Origin: Methanocaldococcus indicus
Lineage (GTDB): Archaea; AGJL01; Methanococci; Methanococcales; Methanocaldococcaceae
NCBI RefSeq assembly: GCF_049554935.1
Contig: NZ_CP186926.1
Location: 832,001 to 896,000, forward strand
Reading direction: 5' to 3'
Length of the DNA: 64,000 nt
Shown: positions 13,443 to 22,788 of the stretch, piece by piece
How the letters are laid out: every line of letters begins with the position of its first letter
Numbering within the stretch: position 1 is the stretch's first letter
Made by a program: the position numbers and the translations under genes
Notes under the pieces: generated by a model
Told to the model about the DNA's origin: nothing
What the model saw: the letters and a program-made list of their open reading frames with translations, nothing else
Databases searched by the model: none

Positions 13443-14045
13443 TTATTCATTATTTTTTCGTATTGCTCTTAATATTCTATATCCTCCTTTTATTTTTACA
13501 GTTTCTACATTTCCAAATACATTTTCTATATAATTAGCTAAAGATTTTGCACCTTGCTTAGTTTGAATAACTAACCATAACTCTCCATTATCCTTTAAAT
13601 ATTTTTTAGCTTCATCAACTAATTTGTGTAAAACTTCTTTTCCAGCTCTTATTGGAGGATTAGTTATAATCTTATCAAATTTTTTATCTTTAATATTTTC
13701 AAATAAATCAGAATATTTTACTTCAACATTTTCATTTCTTATATTATTTAGCTTAATATTTTCCTTAGCTAATTTTAGAGCTCTTTTGTTAATATCAACC
13801 ATCAATACTGAATTTACTTCATCAGCCAAAGCTATTCCAATAACTCCATAACCACAACCCAAATCTAAAATATCATCATCCTCTTTTACTTCAACAGTCT
13901 CAACCAACAATTTAGTTCCTTTATCTATCTTTCCATAAGAAAATACTCCACTATCTGTTTTAAACTTAAATTTCTTTCCTCTCAAAATATCTTCAATAAT
14001 TTTTATATTTGATTTTGAAGATGGATTTTTTGAAAAATAATGCAT
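13443..14045 (-). CDS. RsmC-like class I SAM methyltransferase
   Basis: GVFS..IDKGT, LDLGCGYG, TNPP. Confidence 0.9.
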   Translation of the reverse strand: MHYFSKNPSSKSNIKIIEDILRGKKFKFKTDSGVFSYGKIDKGTKLLVETVEVKEDDDILDLGCGYGVIGIALADEVNSVLMVDINKRALKLAKENIKLNNIRNENVEVKYSDLFENIKDKKFDKIITNPPIRAGKEVLHKLVDEAKKYLKDNGELWLVIQTKQGAKSLANYIENVFGNVETVKIKGGYRILRAIRKNNE

Positions 14046-14066
14046 AATTCCTCACAAAAAATATTA

Positions 14067-14651
14067 TTATTCTTTTTTTCTACCTACTGGCATTAATAAT
14101 AAAGGTTCTTCTTCAATATTTAATATTCTTTTTACTTCATCATCATAAAAAGCTCCAACTGAAACTGTTCCTAAGTTCAATCTTGTAGCCATTAAATAGA
14201 TATTTTGAGCAGAGTGTCCAACTTCCATATACACATATCTATAACCTCTTTCACCATAAACACTAACAGTTCTATAAAAATCTGCTGCAATAATTATTGT
14301 TATTGGAGCAACTGCAATAAACATCTGATGTAAAGCTGCAAGAGCCAACTCCTTACTATGTTCTTCCTCAGATAACCATAATAAAGCATGCTCTTCAGGG
14401 ATATATTTATAAATTCCTTCATCTAATCCTATAACATCTTTAACATTTATATAAATCTCCAATGGATATGTTGCACCAGCAGAAGGAACAGTTTTGAAAC
14501 CTCTCTCATCAGTTACTCCATAAGCTGCAAATAACAAATAGGAAAGTTCATGGAGAGTTAATGGCTCTCCTAAAAACTCTCTTACAGACCTTCTTTCATA
14601 CATTACTTTTACTAAATCTATCTCATGAACTTCTGGAAGTTCAATTTTCAT
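14067..14651 (-). CDS. SagB/ThcOx-type nitroreductase family protein
   Basis: RRSVR, PSAGATYPLE, EVGH.AQN.YL. Confidence 0.9.
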   Translation of the reverse strand: MKIELPEVHEIDLVKVMYERRSVREFLGEPLTLHELSYLLFAAYGVTDERGFKTVPSAGATYPLEIYINVKDVIGLDEGIYKYIPEEHALLWLSEEEHSKELALAALHQMFIAVAPITIIIAADFYRTVSVYGERGYRYVYMEVGHSAQNIYLMATRLNLGTVSVGAFYDDEVKRILNIEEEPLLLMPVGRKKE

Positions 14652-14723
14652 ATTTTCACCTAAATATCAAAGAATAAAATTACAAATAATAATTTGTTTA
14701 TATTTGTATTGTTTATATACTTT

Positions 14724-17372
14724 TCATTTTGTATCTTCTTTTAATACTTGTGCATTTATTTGGCTGAGAGTTTCTTTTATTTTTAACTCATAATCAGATT
14801 TTTTCAGCTTACCATTAGTAGCTTTTATTTCAATTATTATCTCTATATTTTCAAAGGTATTTTCTAAGGTTCTCATAATATACCTGTAAAAATCAGATAA
14901 CTTTCCTCTTGGAATTTTTACTTCAAGAGTTAGTTCATTTATTGTTGGTTCTATATAATTAGGAATCTCCTGAGTTTTTTTATTATCTTCAATCTTTTGT
15001 TTAATTTCTTCTTTCTTTTCTTCTGTTTTTGTTTCTATAATTTTTATATCTGTTGTTTCAAGTTTTTCTTCTTTAGGAGTTTTGTCTTGAGATTCTTTCT
15101 TTTCACATAATTCTTTTTTTATTATGATTTCATAATCTTCAAACTCTATCTTAGGTGTTGTATTTATTGTAATACATTCAATTTTTCCATTTTTTAAAAT
15201 TCCAAAGCCAAAGAAACCATTTTTTACACCATCTTCAATAGACTTTATAAAGTTATTTTTGGATATTCTTGGTTCTCCTGGTGTTGTTAAAAGGGCTTTG
15301 TAAAGTTGTTTTATTGGAAGATAATCTTTATTTGTAAGATATTTATGTAATATTAAAATTGGGGATAATTTTTCTATAATTTCCTTTTCTTCTTTTAATT
15401 TATCAAATATCTCCTCTGTTATTGTTTTTTTAACACCATAGGTAGGAATACCAAGGTCTATCTCTTTTATTCCATCTTTTCCTGGGAGGTAGATTATTCT
15501 ATAGAAATATCTAAGTTTATCTCTTTCATCTTTAATTAGTTTTTTAATTTTCTCTTCAACATCTTTTTTCTGCTGTTCAGTTAGAACTATGTATTTATCT
15601 TTTTTAATACTCTCCCATGCTAACTTCTCTCTTAAAAATTTTTCAAAGTTGTGTCTTTCAGATTCCAGAGGACATAAGAAAATAAGAGTATTTTTATAAA
15701 CTCTTGGATTATCTCCGTAATTTTGAATTATTTCATTAATAAATTCTTTATCATTTGTTGGTAGAACTATAAGTTTTAATTCCTCAGAGTCTGGAATATC
15801 TTTTGATGTTCTTGGATATATGTAGGTTTTGAGCTTTTTACCAAGGTATTTTTTTAGGAGAGTTTTAATTTCTTCCTCTATAACTTCATTTTCAATCTCA
15901 GCCATTTTTGTAATTATAGTTCTGTTCAGATTTGGCTGATTTTTAAAGAAATATCTTTTTTCATCTTTCCATAAGTAATAAAGATTATCTTCAAGATTAC
16001 TAACTACTTCTGAGATAACTGTTGATGGTATAGTAGGGTCTGAGCATGTTAGTTTTAGCTCCCCAAGAGTTATACCTTTAATTTCTCCTCCTGAAAATGA
16101 GTAGAGAAAGATGGTAGTTGCTACTTTAGTTCCAAGCTTTAAGCCCTTATATGTGTCTCCAAGGAGTTTATCTACTTTCTTAGCATTTGAGTTATTTGCT
16201 GTTATATCTGCTGATAAGACACTTTCATATTCTTTTCCAATGTGCTTAATTAGTTCCTCTGCCAACTCTCCAAAGCTTAGGTCAAAGTCACAAGGTCTTA
16301 TTAATGGAATTGATGAATCTTTTAATTTATATGTAACAAGGGAGAGAATTCTTAAAACACCTCTTGTTCTTTGGAATGTTGGAATACTACCCCATCTATA
16401 ATGTAATACATCAACAACTTCAGGATGGAATGGATAGCTTTTTATCATTTTTTCTCTATATTGAGATTTATTGTTTATTAAAATACCTTCTCTTTCATAG
16501 TAGTCAATAAATTCATCTACAATATTTTTTACTTCTTCCTCATCAATTCTTTGGAATAATCTTTTTCTTATAATTTCATAAATTTCCTCTCCAACTACAG
16601 GAGTGTAAATTTTTTCAACTCTTCCAATAACCTGTTGTAGTCTTGTTAATAACTCCTCTGCTACTTCTTCATCTGCATATTCAATAATACTTGCTGGCAA
16701 TGTTATAACAAGAAGAGTGTTATTTAAAGATTTGACAGTTTCAGATAATTCTTGAAGAAATGCAATTGTTTGAGATGCTAAGTTTGATTCTCCTACTTTA
16801 ACACCTCTTGCTTTTACTACATACTCTAAAACTTCATCCATTAAAATTAAAACTGGTTCATGCTTCTCTAACAGTGCCCTTAACTTCTCCCTACCTGGAG
16901 AAATTGGAGAGCTAAGAGTTTTTATCTCTCCTTCAAGCTGTTTCTCAATCTCTCCCCATAAGGTTCCTATTATCTTACCATCTTTTTCTTCTGGGGTTAT
17001 TGCTGTCCCAACAATTGTAACAACCTTTGCCTTTATTGGTTCTATTCCTTCTACATATTTTTTAGCAATTTCTGGATTTTTAAATGTGTGATAAAGAGTG
17101 ATTAATGAATGTGTCTTCCCTCCACCAAATGGAGTTTGTATTTGGATTATTGAGTCTCCTCCCTCTCCTTTTAATCTTTTTGAAGCAATTTTTATTAAAG
17201 ATTTTAATCCTGAAGTTAAGTAAGTTTTTTTAAAGAATAGTTCTGGGTCTTTGTAGTCATCAGGTGCTCTATTTTTATAAACTTCCCATAAATCTGCAGC
17301 AAATACATCCATTGTTAATCTTCCTTCTAATATATCCCTATGAGGTACTGCAACTAAGTGAAATGGTTTCAT
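14724..17372 (-). CDS. DUF499 family AAA+ ATPase (restriction-like defence system)
   Basis: PH.DI..G...FAADL, QTPFGGGKTHSL, LMDE, SYPFHP, FQRTRGVLR. Confidence 0.92.
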   Translation of the reverse strand: MKPFHLVAVPHRDILEGRLTMDVFAADLWEVYKNRAPDDYKDPELFFKKTYLTSGLKSLIKIASKRLKGEGGDSIIQIQTPFGGGKTHSLITLYHTFKNPEIAKKYVEGIEPIKAKVVTIVGTAITPEEKDGKIIGTLWGEIEKQLEGEIKTLSSPISPGREKLRALLEKHEPVLILMDEVLEYVVKARGVKVGESNLASQTIAFLQELSETVKSLNNTLLVITLPASIIEYADEEVAEELLTRLQQVIGRVEKIYTPVVGEEIYEIIRKRLFQRIDEEEVKNIVDEFIDYYEREGILINNKSQYREKMIKSYPFHPEVVDVLHYRWGSIPTFQRTRGVLRILSLVTYKLKDSSIPLIRPCDFDLSFGELAEELIKHIGKEYESVLSADITANNSNAKKVDKLLGDTYKGLKLGTKVATTIFLYSFSGGEIKGITLGELKLTCSDPTIPSTVISEVVSNLEDNLYYLWKDEKRYFFKNQPNLNRTIITKMAEIENEVIEEEIKTLLKKYLGKKLKTYIYPRTSKDIPDSEELKLIVLPTNDKEFINEIIQNYGDNPRVYKNTLIFLCPLESERHNFEKFLREKLAWESIKKDKYIVLTEQQKKDVEEKIKKLIKDERDKLRYFYRIIYLPGKDGIKEIDLGIPTYGVKKTITEEIFDKLKEEKEIIEKLSPILILHKYLTNKDYLPIKQLYKALLTTPGEPRISKNNFIKSIEDGVKNGFFGFGILKNGKIECITINTTPKIEFEDYEIIIKKELCEKKESQDKTPKEEKLETTDIKIIETKTEEKKEEIKQKIEDNKKTQEIPNYIEPTINELTLEVKIPRGKLSDFYRYIMRTLENTFENIEIIIEIKATNGKLKKSDYELKIKETLSQINAQVLKEDTK

Positions 17373-17401
17373 AATTTTTCCCCCTTCCTATATTTTTAAA
17401 T

Positions 17402-18430
17402 TTATCTCAAAACCTCTTTAATAGCATGCCACTCAATTATTGAGGTAGGTTTGATTATACCATTAACAACATCATAAAACAAAATTTCATTTTCCACTAA
17501 AAATTTAAATTCTTTAATTAACTCTCTTTTAATAATTTCATAGTCCTCAACTTTAATTTTATCTCTAAATTTATTTAAAATTTCATATATTTTATTTTCA
17601 TCTAATTCATCTGGCATATTTGCAATTAAAAACATTAATCCATCTTTCTCAATATTAATCCACTGCTTTATTGTTTCTTTAACAGATAAGCCAAGTTTTT
17701 TGTTATTTATCAGCTGAGAGATTTCATAAGGTAAAGAGAGATAATTTGAGGCATAATTTAGTTCATCCTCACTAAAACCCTCTTCTTTTAAAATCTTCTT
17801 TATTGTTTCTTTCTCTAACCAATCAATTAAATAATATTCTGAGGCATTTTTTAATGTTGAATTTCTATAAATTTCCTCAATAAATAATGTATCTGATGTT
17901 AAACAAATAACGTGGCATAGATGCTCCATTTTAGTTAGAGAAACAAAGAGGTTAAATAATTCATTCAATAATGATTTATTTCCATTAAAGTAGATATTTT
18001 TTAGTTTTTGAAGTTCATCTATAATTAAGACAGGTTTTTTTCCTTCTTGAATAACAGCATTTATTGATTCATTTATCTTAGCAAAAACATCATTCAAAGA
18101 CAAATTGTTAAAATCAAAATTTTCCTCAACTCCAAATTTAAACACTCCTAAATTAATCTCTAATTTATTTAGAAGATATTTTTTATCTGACTTTTCAAAA
18201 AATACTCTTAAAAATTCATCTTTTGTAGGAGTGGCATATTTCCTTAGGTTATAATAGAAAAACACTATATTACTGTTTTCCAATTCTTTAATAACTCTTC
18301 TCATTACTGTTGATTTTCCAGATGACTTTGGACCATAAATAAATAATATAGAGTTTGGTTCTAACTGCACATAAGTCTTTAAATATTTAAGTTCTTTCTC
18401 TCTATTATGGAATTTCATTTTATACACCAA
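17402..18430 (-). CDS. Archaeal (MJ-type) P-loop ATPase, paralogue 1
   Basis: F.NREKEL, YGPKSSGKS, IIDELQ. Confidence 0.9.
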   Translation of the reverse strand: MVYKMKFHNREKELKYLKTYVQLEPNSILFIYGPKSSGKSTVMRRVIKELENSNIVFFYYNLRKYATPTKDEFLRVFFEKSDKKYLLNKLEINLGVFKFGVEENFDFNNLSLNDVFAKINESINAVIQEGKKPVLIIDELQKLKNIYFNGNKSLLNELFNLFVSLTKMEHLCHVICLTSDTLFIEEIYRNSTLKNASEYYLIDWLEKETIKKILKEEGFSEDELNYASNYLSLPYEISQLINNKKLGLSVKETIKQWINIEKDGLMFLIANMPDELDENKIYEILNKFRDKIKVEDYEIIKRELIKEFKFLVENEILFYDVVNGIIKPTSIIEWHAIKEVLR

Positions 18431-18432
18431 AT

Positions 18433-19452
18433 TTATTTTAAAACCTCTTTAATAGCCCACCACTCTATTATTGATGTAGGCTTGATTATTCCATTTATAA
18501 CATCATAAAATAAAATCTCATTCTCTATTAGGAATTTAACGTCATCAAAAATTTCATCTTCAAAATTATCAATACTTACTTTTATCTTATTGTTAAATTT
18601 ACTTAATATTTTTAATAAATTCTCTTTTCTATCTTTATTTGACTTTAATAAATACATCAATCCATCTTTCTCAATATTTATCCACTGCTTTATTGTTTCT
18701 TCTACCGACAAGCCAAGTTTTTTATTATTTATTAATTGGGTGATTTCATAAGGTAAAGAGAGATAGTTTGAAGCATAATTAACTTCTTCCTCACTAAAAC
18801 CCTCTTCTTTTAATATCTTCTTTATTGTTTCTTTTTCTAACCAATCAATTAAATAATATTCAGAAGCATTTTTTAATGTTGAGTTTCTATATATTTCCTC
18901 AATAAATAATGTGTCAGAGGTTAAACAAATAACATGGCATAGATGTCTAACTTTTGTTAAATGGACAAAGAGATTGAATAATTCATTTAATAATGATTTA
19001 CCACCATTAAAGTAGATATTTTTTAGTTTTTGCAACTCATCTATTATTAGAATTGGTTTCTTTCCATCTTTGATAACTGCCTCAATTCCTTCATAAATTT
19101 TATTAAATATGTTATTTAATTTTATATTGTTGAAATCAAATTTTTTCTCAACACCAAACTTAAAAATTTTTAGATTAATTTCTAATTTATTTAGAAGATA
19201 TTTTTTATCTGACTCTTCAAAAAATATTTCTAAAAACTCTTCTATTGTTGGTGTGGCATATCTTCTTAAATCATAATAAAAAAATACTATATTGCTATTT
19301 TCTAACTCTTTAATAACTCTAAGCATAACAGTTGTTTTTCCAGAAGATTTAGGGCCATAAACAAATAAAATAGCGTTTGGTTCTAACTGCACATATGTTT
19401 TTAAGTAGTTGAGTTCTTTCTCTCTATTGTAAAATTTCATTTTATACACCAT
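18433..19452 (-). CDS. Archaeal (MJ-type) P-loop ATPase, paralogue 2
   Basis: F.NREKEL, YGPKSSGKT, IIDELQ; long stretches identical to the neighbour. Confidence 0.9.
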   Translation of the reverse strand: MVYKMKFYNREKELNYLKTYVQLEPNAILFVYGPKSSGKTTVMLRVIKELENSNIVFFYYDLRRYATPTIEEFLEIFFEESDKKYLLNKLEINLKIFKFGVEKKFDFNNIKLNNIFNKIYEGIEAVIKDGKKPILIIDELQKLKNIYFNGGKSLLNELFNLFVHLTKVRHLCHVICLTSDTLFIEEIYRNSTLKNASEYYLIDWLEKETIKKILKEEGFSEEEVNYASNYLSLPYEITQLINNKKLGLSVEETIKQWINIEKDGLMYLLKSNKDRKENLLKILSKFNNKIKVSIDNFEDEIFDDVKFLIENEILFYDVINGIIKPTSIIEWWAIKEVLK

Positions 19453-19492
19453 ACTCCATAGGAAAATAAAGGTTATGCTCCAATTAATTAAG

Positions 19493-20050
19493 CTAATTTT
19501 TCTTCATTTTTTCATCAGTTTTAATTTGAATTTTCATATACTTCTGATTTATCAAAGTTATTTTGGATTTTAGCTTATTTATGATTATCATATTAATACT
19601 TATATCAAATATGATTGCACTTATCAAATCTGCAAGCAAGTAAAAAGTTAGGGCTATGTTTAGTATAAATGAAATTTTAAAATAAAACAAATATGTATTG
19701 TAGGCAGTAATGAAGTTATTATTCACAATGTCAAACTTTTGGTTAAGAAGATTAATTTGGTTTTGAGTAATATTGCAATATTGTTTTATTTCTTCAATGT
19801 CTGCTTTTGTTATATTCTCCCTTCTTAATTTTTCATATTTTTGCTTATATTCTTGCAATTGTTGTTGTAATTGTGATATTTGTTGTTTTAATGCACTTAT
19901 TTCAGCATCCTTTTGCTCAATCTGTTGAATATACGGCTGAGATTTAGTAGATATTAATATTTGACTTAAAGACGATAAAAGAATTATAATAATTGGTAGA
20001 ATAATGATGGCAACAATTAATAATTCTATCATTTTCTCCATTAACAACAC
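19493..20050 (-). CDS. Hypothetical membrane protein (TM - Gln-rich coiled coil - TM)
   Basis: N-terminal hydrophobic helix, QQISQLQQQLQ heptads, second hydrophobic segment near the C-terminus. Confidence 0.7.
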   Translation of the reverse strand: MLLMEKMIELLIVAIIILPIIIILLSSLSQILISTKSQPYIQQIEQKDAEISALKQQISQLQQQLQEYKQKYEKLRRENITKADIEEIKQYCNITQNQINLLNQKFDIVNNNFITAYNTYLFYFKISFILNIALTFYLLADLISAIIFDISINMIIINKLKSKITLINQKYMKIQIKTDEKMKKN

Positions 20051-20064
20051 CTATTTTTAAAGAT

Positions 20065-22788
20065 TTAAAAGAACTCATCCAATCTTCTTTGCTCTTTTGC
20101 TGATTTTATAATGTTTTCTCTTCCAACTAAGAATCCATCAAGTAGTTTTTTCTCTTTGCTATCTTTTGGCAGAGTTTCAGATATTGCCTGAGCAAATTTG
20201 AAAAAGCTATCTTTTAAGTAGTTTGTCTCTTGGAGAGTTTTTATTATTCCTTCTTTATCTCCCTTCTCCCAGAGTTTTAAAACTTTATGGAGAACATCAA
20301 CTAAATCCTTTGGCTCTTTCAACTCTTCCAACTTTCTTTCATGAGGTCCTAAGAGGTAGATATATTCCTTATCTTTCTTTATAAATCCCTTGTTCCATTC
20401 TTTCTCTAAGTTTAAGCCCACACTTTGAGCTAATTTCCTTGCCTCATCAAAGATGACTTTTGATGTTCCATAACTCCATCTGTAAAGGAGGTAGAATCTT
20501 GATAATGGAGATAGTTCATCTGCAAAACCATTGTGGATAATTTGTTTAACTGCATAGTCAGTTACAATCTCTCTAACATATTCAAGGAGTTTATCTCCCC
20601 TTATCTCATTTCCTTCATAGTCCATGATTTTGTTGTATTTTCCAAATACTTCAATTGCAGAACCAATTGCAGAGATGAAGAAATCAGCCCCTCCAATTCC
20701 TTCCTTCCAGAGTTTGTCAAGTTTTTTGTGTAAGTGTTTTTTAATTTCTTCCTTAACTTCATTTAGCCAACCAATTTCTTCTTTTTGCATCTTTCTTGCT
20801 ACAATGTAAATTGATGATGCCAATGCAGCTGATTCTTTTGCTCTTAATCTTGATTTCATTTCTGTGTGTATTGGATAACTTGCAGTTATAACTAATCCAG
20901 ATTCTAAGAGAGCATTTATAACTGTTTCCCATCCTTCTGTTGTTTTATGTGCATAGACAATAACTGCTATTCCATTTGGCTTTAAAACTCTATATATTTC
21001 TTTAAATGCCTTTTTTAGATTTTCTTCAAAGAATTTTTTGCCATCTTCAACTGTCCAACCTTCATGTTTATAAGCAACAATTTCTTGAGATTTTGGAGTT
21101 AGTGGGGTTGAGAACAGATCTGGATATAAATCTCCAATGGTCCTTTTTAACCAAACATAGAAAAAGTCAGAGAGATAAGAGTAAGGAACATTATCATAGT
21201 ATGGTGGGTCTGTAAAGACAGCATCAAAGAAATTATCTGGATATGGAAGAGATGTTGCTGATGCTTGGGATACTTTTGGTATGAAATTATTTTCTGTTGG
21301 TGGAATTTGAGAAAAATGTTTTAGTGCTTTAATTACCCAATCTAAATTTGATTCCCATCCAAATGATTCACATATTGGAATGGACTCAAAATAATCCCAT
21401 ACCATACCTAATGCCTGTCTCTGCATAGCAGGACTTGCTTTTTCTCCAGTTACATGCCAATACCCCAAATTAGAACAATAAATCATTATTCTATCCAATC
21501 CTAAAGCCAAATATGTAACAACTGCCTTAGCATAATCCTCTTTATCTTCAATATCCTTCCTATCTTTCAAGTCATCTAAAATTTTATAATAAGCTTCTTT
21601 AATCTTATCCATAAATGTAATTAATGCCAATTTTTGCCTTGAATTGAACAAATCTCCCCATGTTTTTATATGATAATTTTCTCGTGGAGCAAATGGTCTT
21701 TGTGTAATCGTATGAACAATAGGAATTTCCTCATTAGGCACAGGGTCAAATCCCCACTTATCAATAAACTCCTCCCTTTTCTTCTCCGAATACTTCTCTG
21801 CATCTTTGAAAATCTCTAAATCTTTTTCAGTTGCTACTCTGTATTTTTTACCTTTCTCTTTTGGATTGTGTAAAACCACTGCTATTAATCTCTCCCTATT
21901 CTTTCCTTCTTTAAACAAATTCCTCAAAGTCTTTGCATCAATAACAGAACCACAAACTGGGCATGTAACTATTGCTCTCCTAACAGTCCCTTTTGATGGG
22001 TCAAAATTTTTAGGCATCTTCTCATATCCATCTCCAACAATCTTAAATTTAACTTCCCCATCTTTAACATAAGGATACAATGCAACTTTTTTATTCTTTT
22101 TCTTAGCTAACCAAAACTGCCTCATTAGTGGAATCTCTGCATTACAAGATGGGTTTTGGCATGGAACTGTTCTTGCCCAAATATATCCAACTGGAATATC
22201 TCCATTTTCTTCAACTGGATAAAATTTCCCAATCTCTTTCTTTGCTTCCTCTAAAACCCAATTACCCCACTTTTTAACATCTTCAAGTAGTGGGTTGTAA
22301 ATTTCCTCAGCTCCTAAGGAATTTTTTCTCTTCATTCTTCCATATTTTTGTGGAAATTCTAAAACTGCCTTTAATATCAAAACAGCTACTGGATTATAGT
22401 CATTTGCATAAACCTCACATCCCAACCTCAAAGCCTCTAAAGGTATTGCCCCTCCCCCTGAAAATGGGTCTAAAACTCTTGGCACATATCCCAAAGATTT
22501 TTTAATATCTTCTCTTGCTTTTTTTATAATTTTAGAGTTTGTTGAATTCTCCCACTTAGCCAATTTTTTTATAAATTCTTTTATTTCATCCTCTTTCTCC
22601 TCTGAATATTCAATTAAAGATGCATAACTTGTAGTCCTTGAAGATGCTAATGGTCTTCTTGCCCACCATATATGTAAAGTTGAGATATGTCCATGTCTAA
22701 TGTTTTTTTCTCTTGCTGATTCCTCACTAACTTCCTTAACTGGAAACACTTCCTCAATAAATGCCCTCTTTATTGGAAATTCTTTCAT
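20065..22788 (-). CDS. DUF1156 adenine DNA methyltransferase
   Basis: LHIWWARRPL, DPFSGGGAIPLEA, CxxxxC/CPxC insert, TDPPYYD. Confidence 0.93.
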   Translation of the reverse strand: MKEFPIKRAFIEEVFPVKEVSEESAREKNIRHGHISTLHIWWARRPLASSRTTSYASLIEYSEEKEDEIKEFIKKLAKWENSTNSKIIKKAREDIKKSLGYVPRVLDPFSGGGAIPLEALRLGCEVYANDYNPVAVLILKAVLEFPQKYGRMKRKNSLGAEEIYNPLLEDVKKWGNWVLEEAKKEIGKFYPVEENGDIPVGYIWARTVPCQNPSCNAEIPLMRQFWLAKKKNKKVALYPYVKDGEVKFKIVGDGYEKMPKNFDPSKGTVRRAIVTCPVCGSVIDAKTLRNLFKEGKNRERLIAVVLHNPKEKGKKYRVATEKDLEIFKDAEKYSEKKREEFIDKWGFDPVPNEEIPIVHTITQRPFAPRENYHIKTWGDLFNSRQKLALITFMDKIKEAYYKILDDLKDRKDIEDKEDYAKAVVTYLALGLDRIMIYCSNLGYWHVTGEKASPAMQRQALGMVWDYFESIPICESFGWESNLDWVIKALKHFSQIPPTENNFIPKVSQASATSLPYPDNFFDAVFTDPPYYDNVPYSYLSDFFYVWLKRTIGDLYPDLFSTPLTPKSQEIVAYKHEGWTVEDGKKFFEENLKKAFKEIYRVLKPNGIAVIVYAHKTTEGWETVINALLESGLVITASYPIHTEMKSRLRAKESAALASSIYIVARKMQKEEIGWLNEVKEEIKKHLHKKLDKLWKEGIGGADFFISAIGSAIEVFGKYNKIMDYEGNEIRGDKLLEYVREIVTDYAVKQIIHNGFADELSPLSRFYLLYRWSYGTSKVIFDEARKLAQSVGLNLEKEWNKGFIKKDKEYIYLLGPHERKLEELKEPKDLVDVLHKVLKLWEKGDKEGIIKTLQETNYLKDSFFKFAQAISETLPKDSKEKKLLDGFLVGRENIIKSAKEQRRLDEFF

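Noticed and set aside
13348-13533. 61-aa ORF
   Set aside because: Overlaps tRNA-Val and its T-rich terminator; spurious
14067-14651. SagB-type dehydrogenase as part of a RiPP cluster
   Set aside because: No YcaO or precursor nearby; stand-alone homologues are common in archaea
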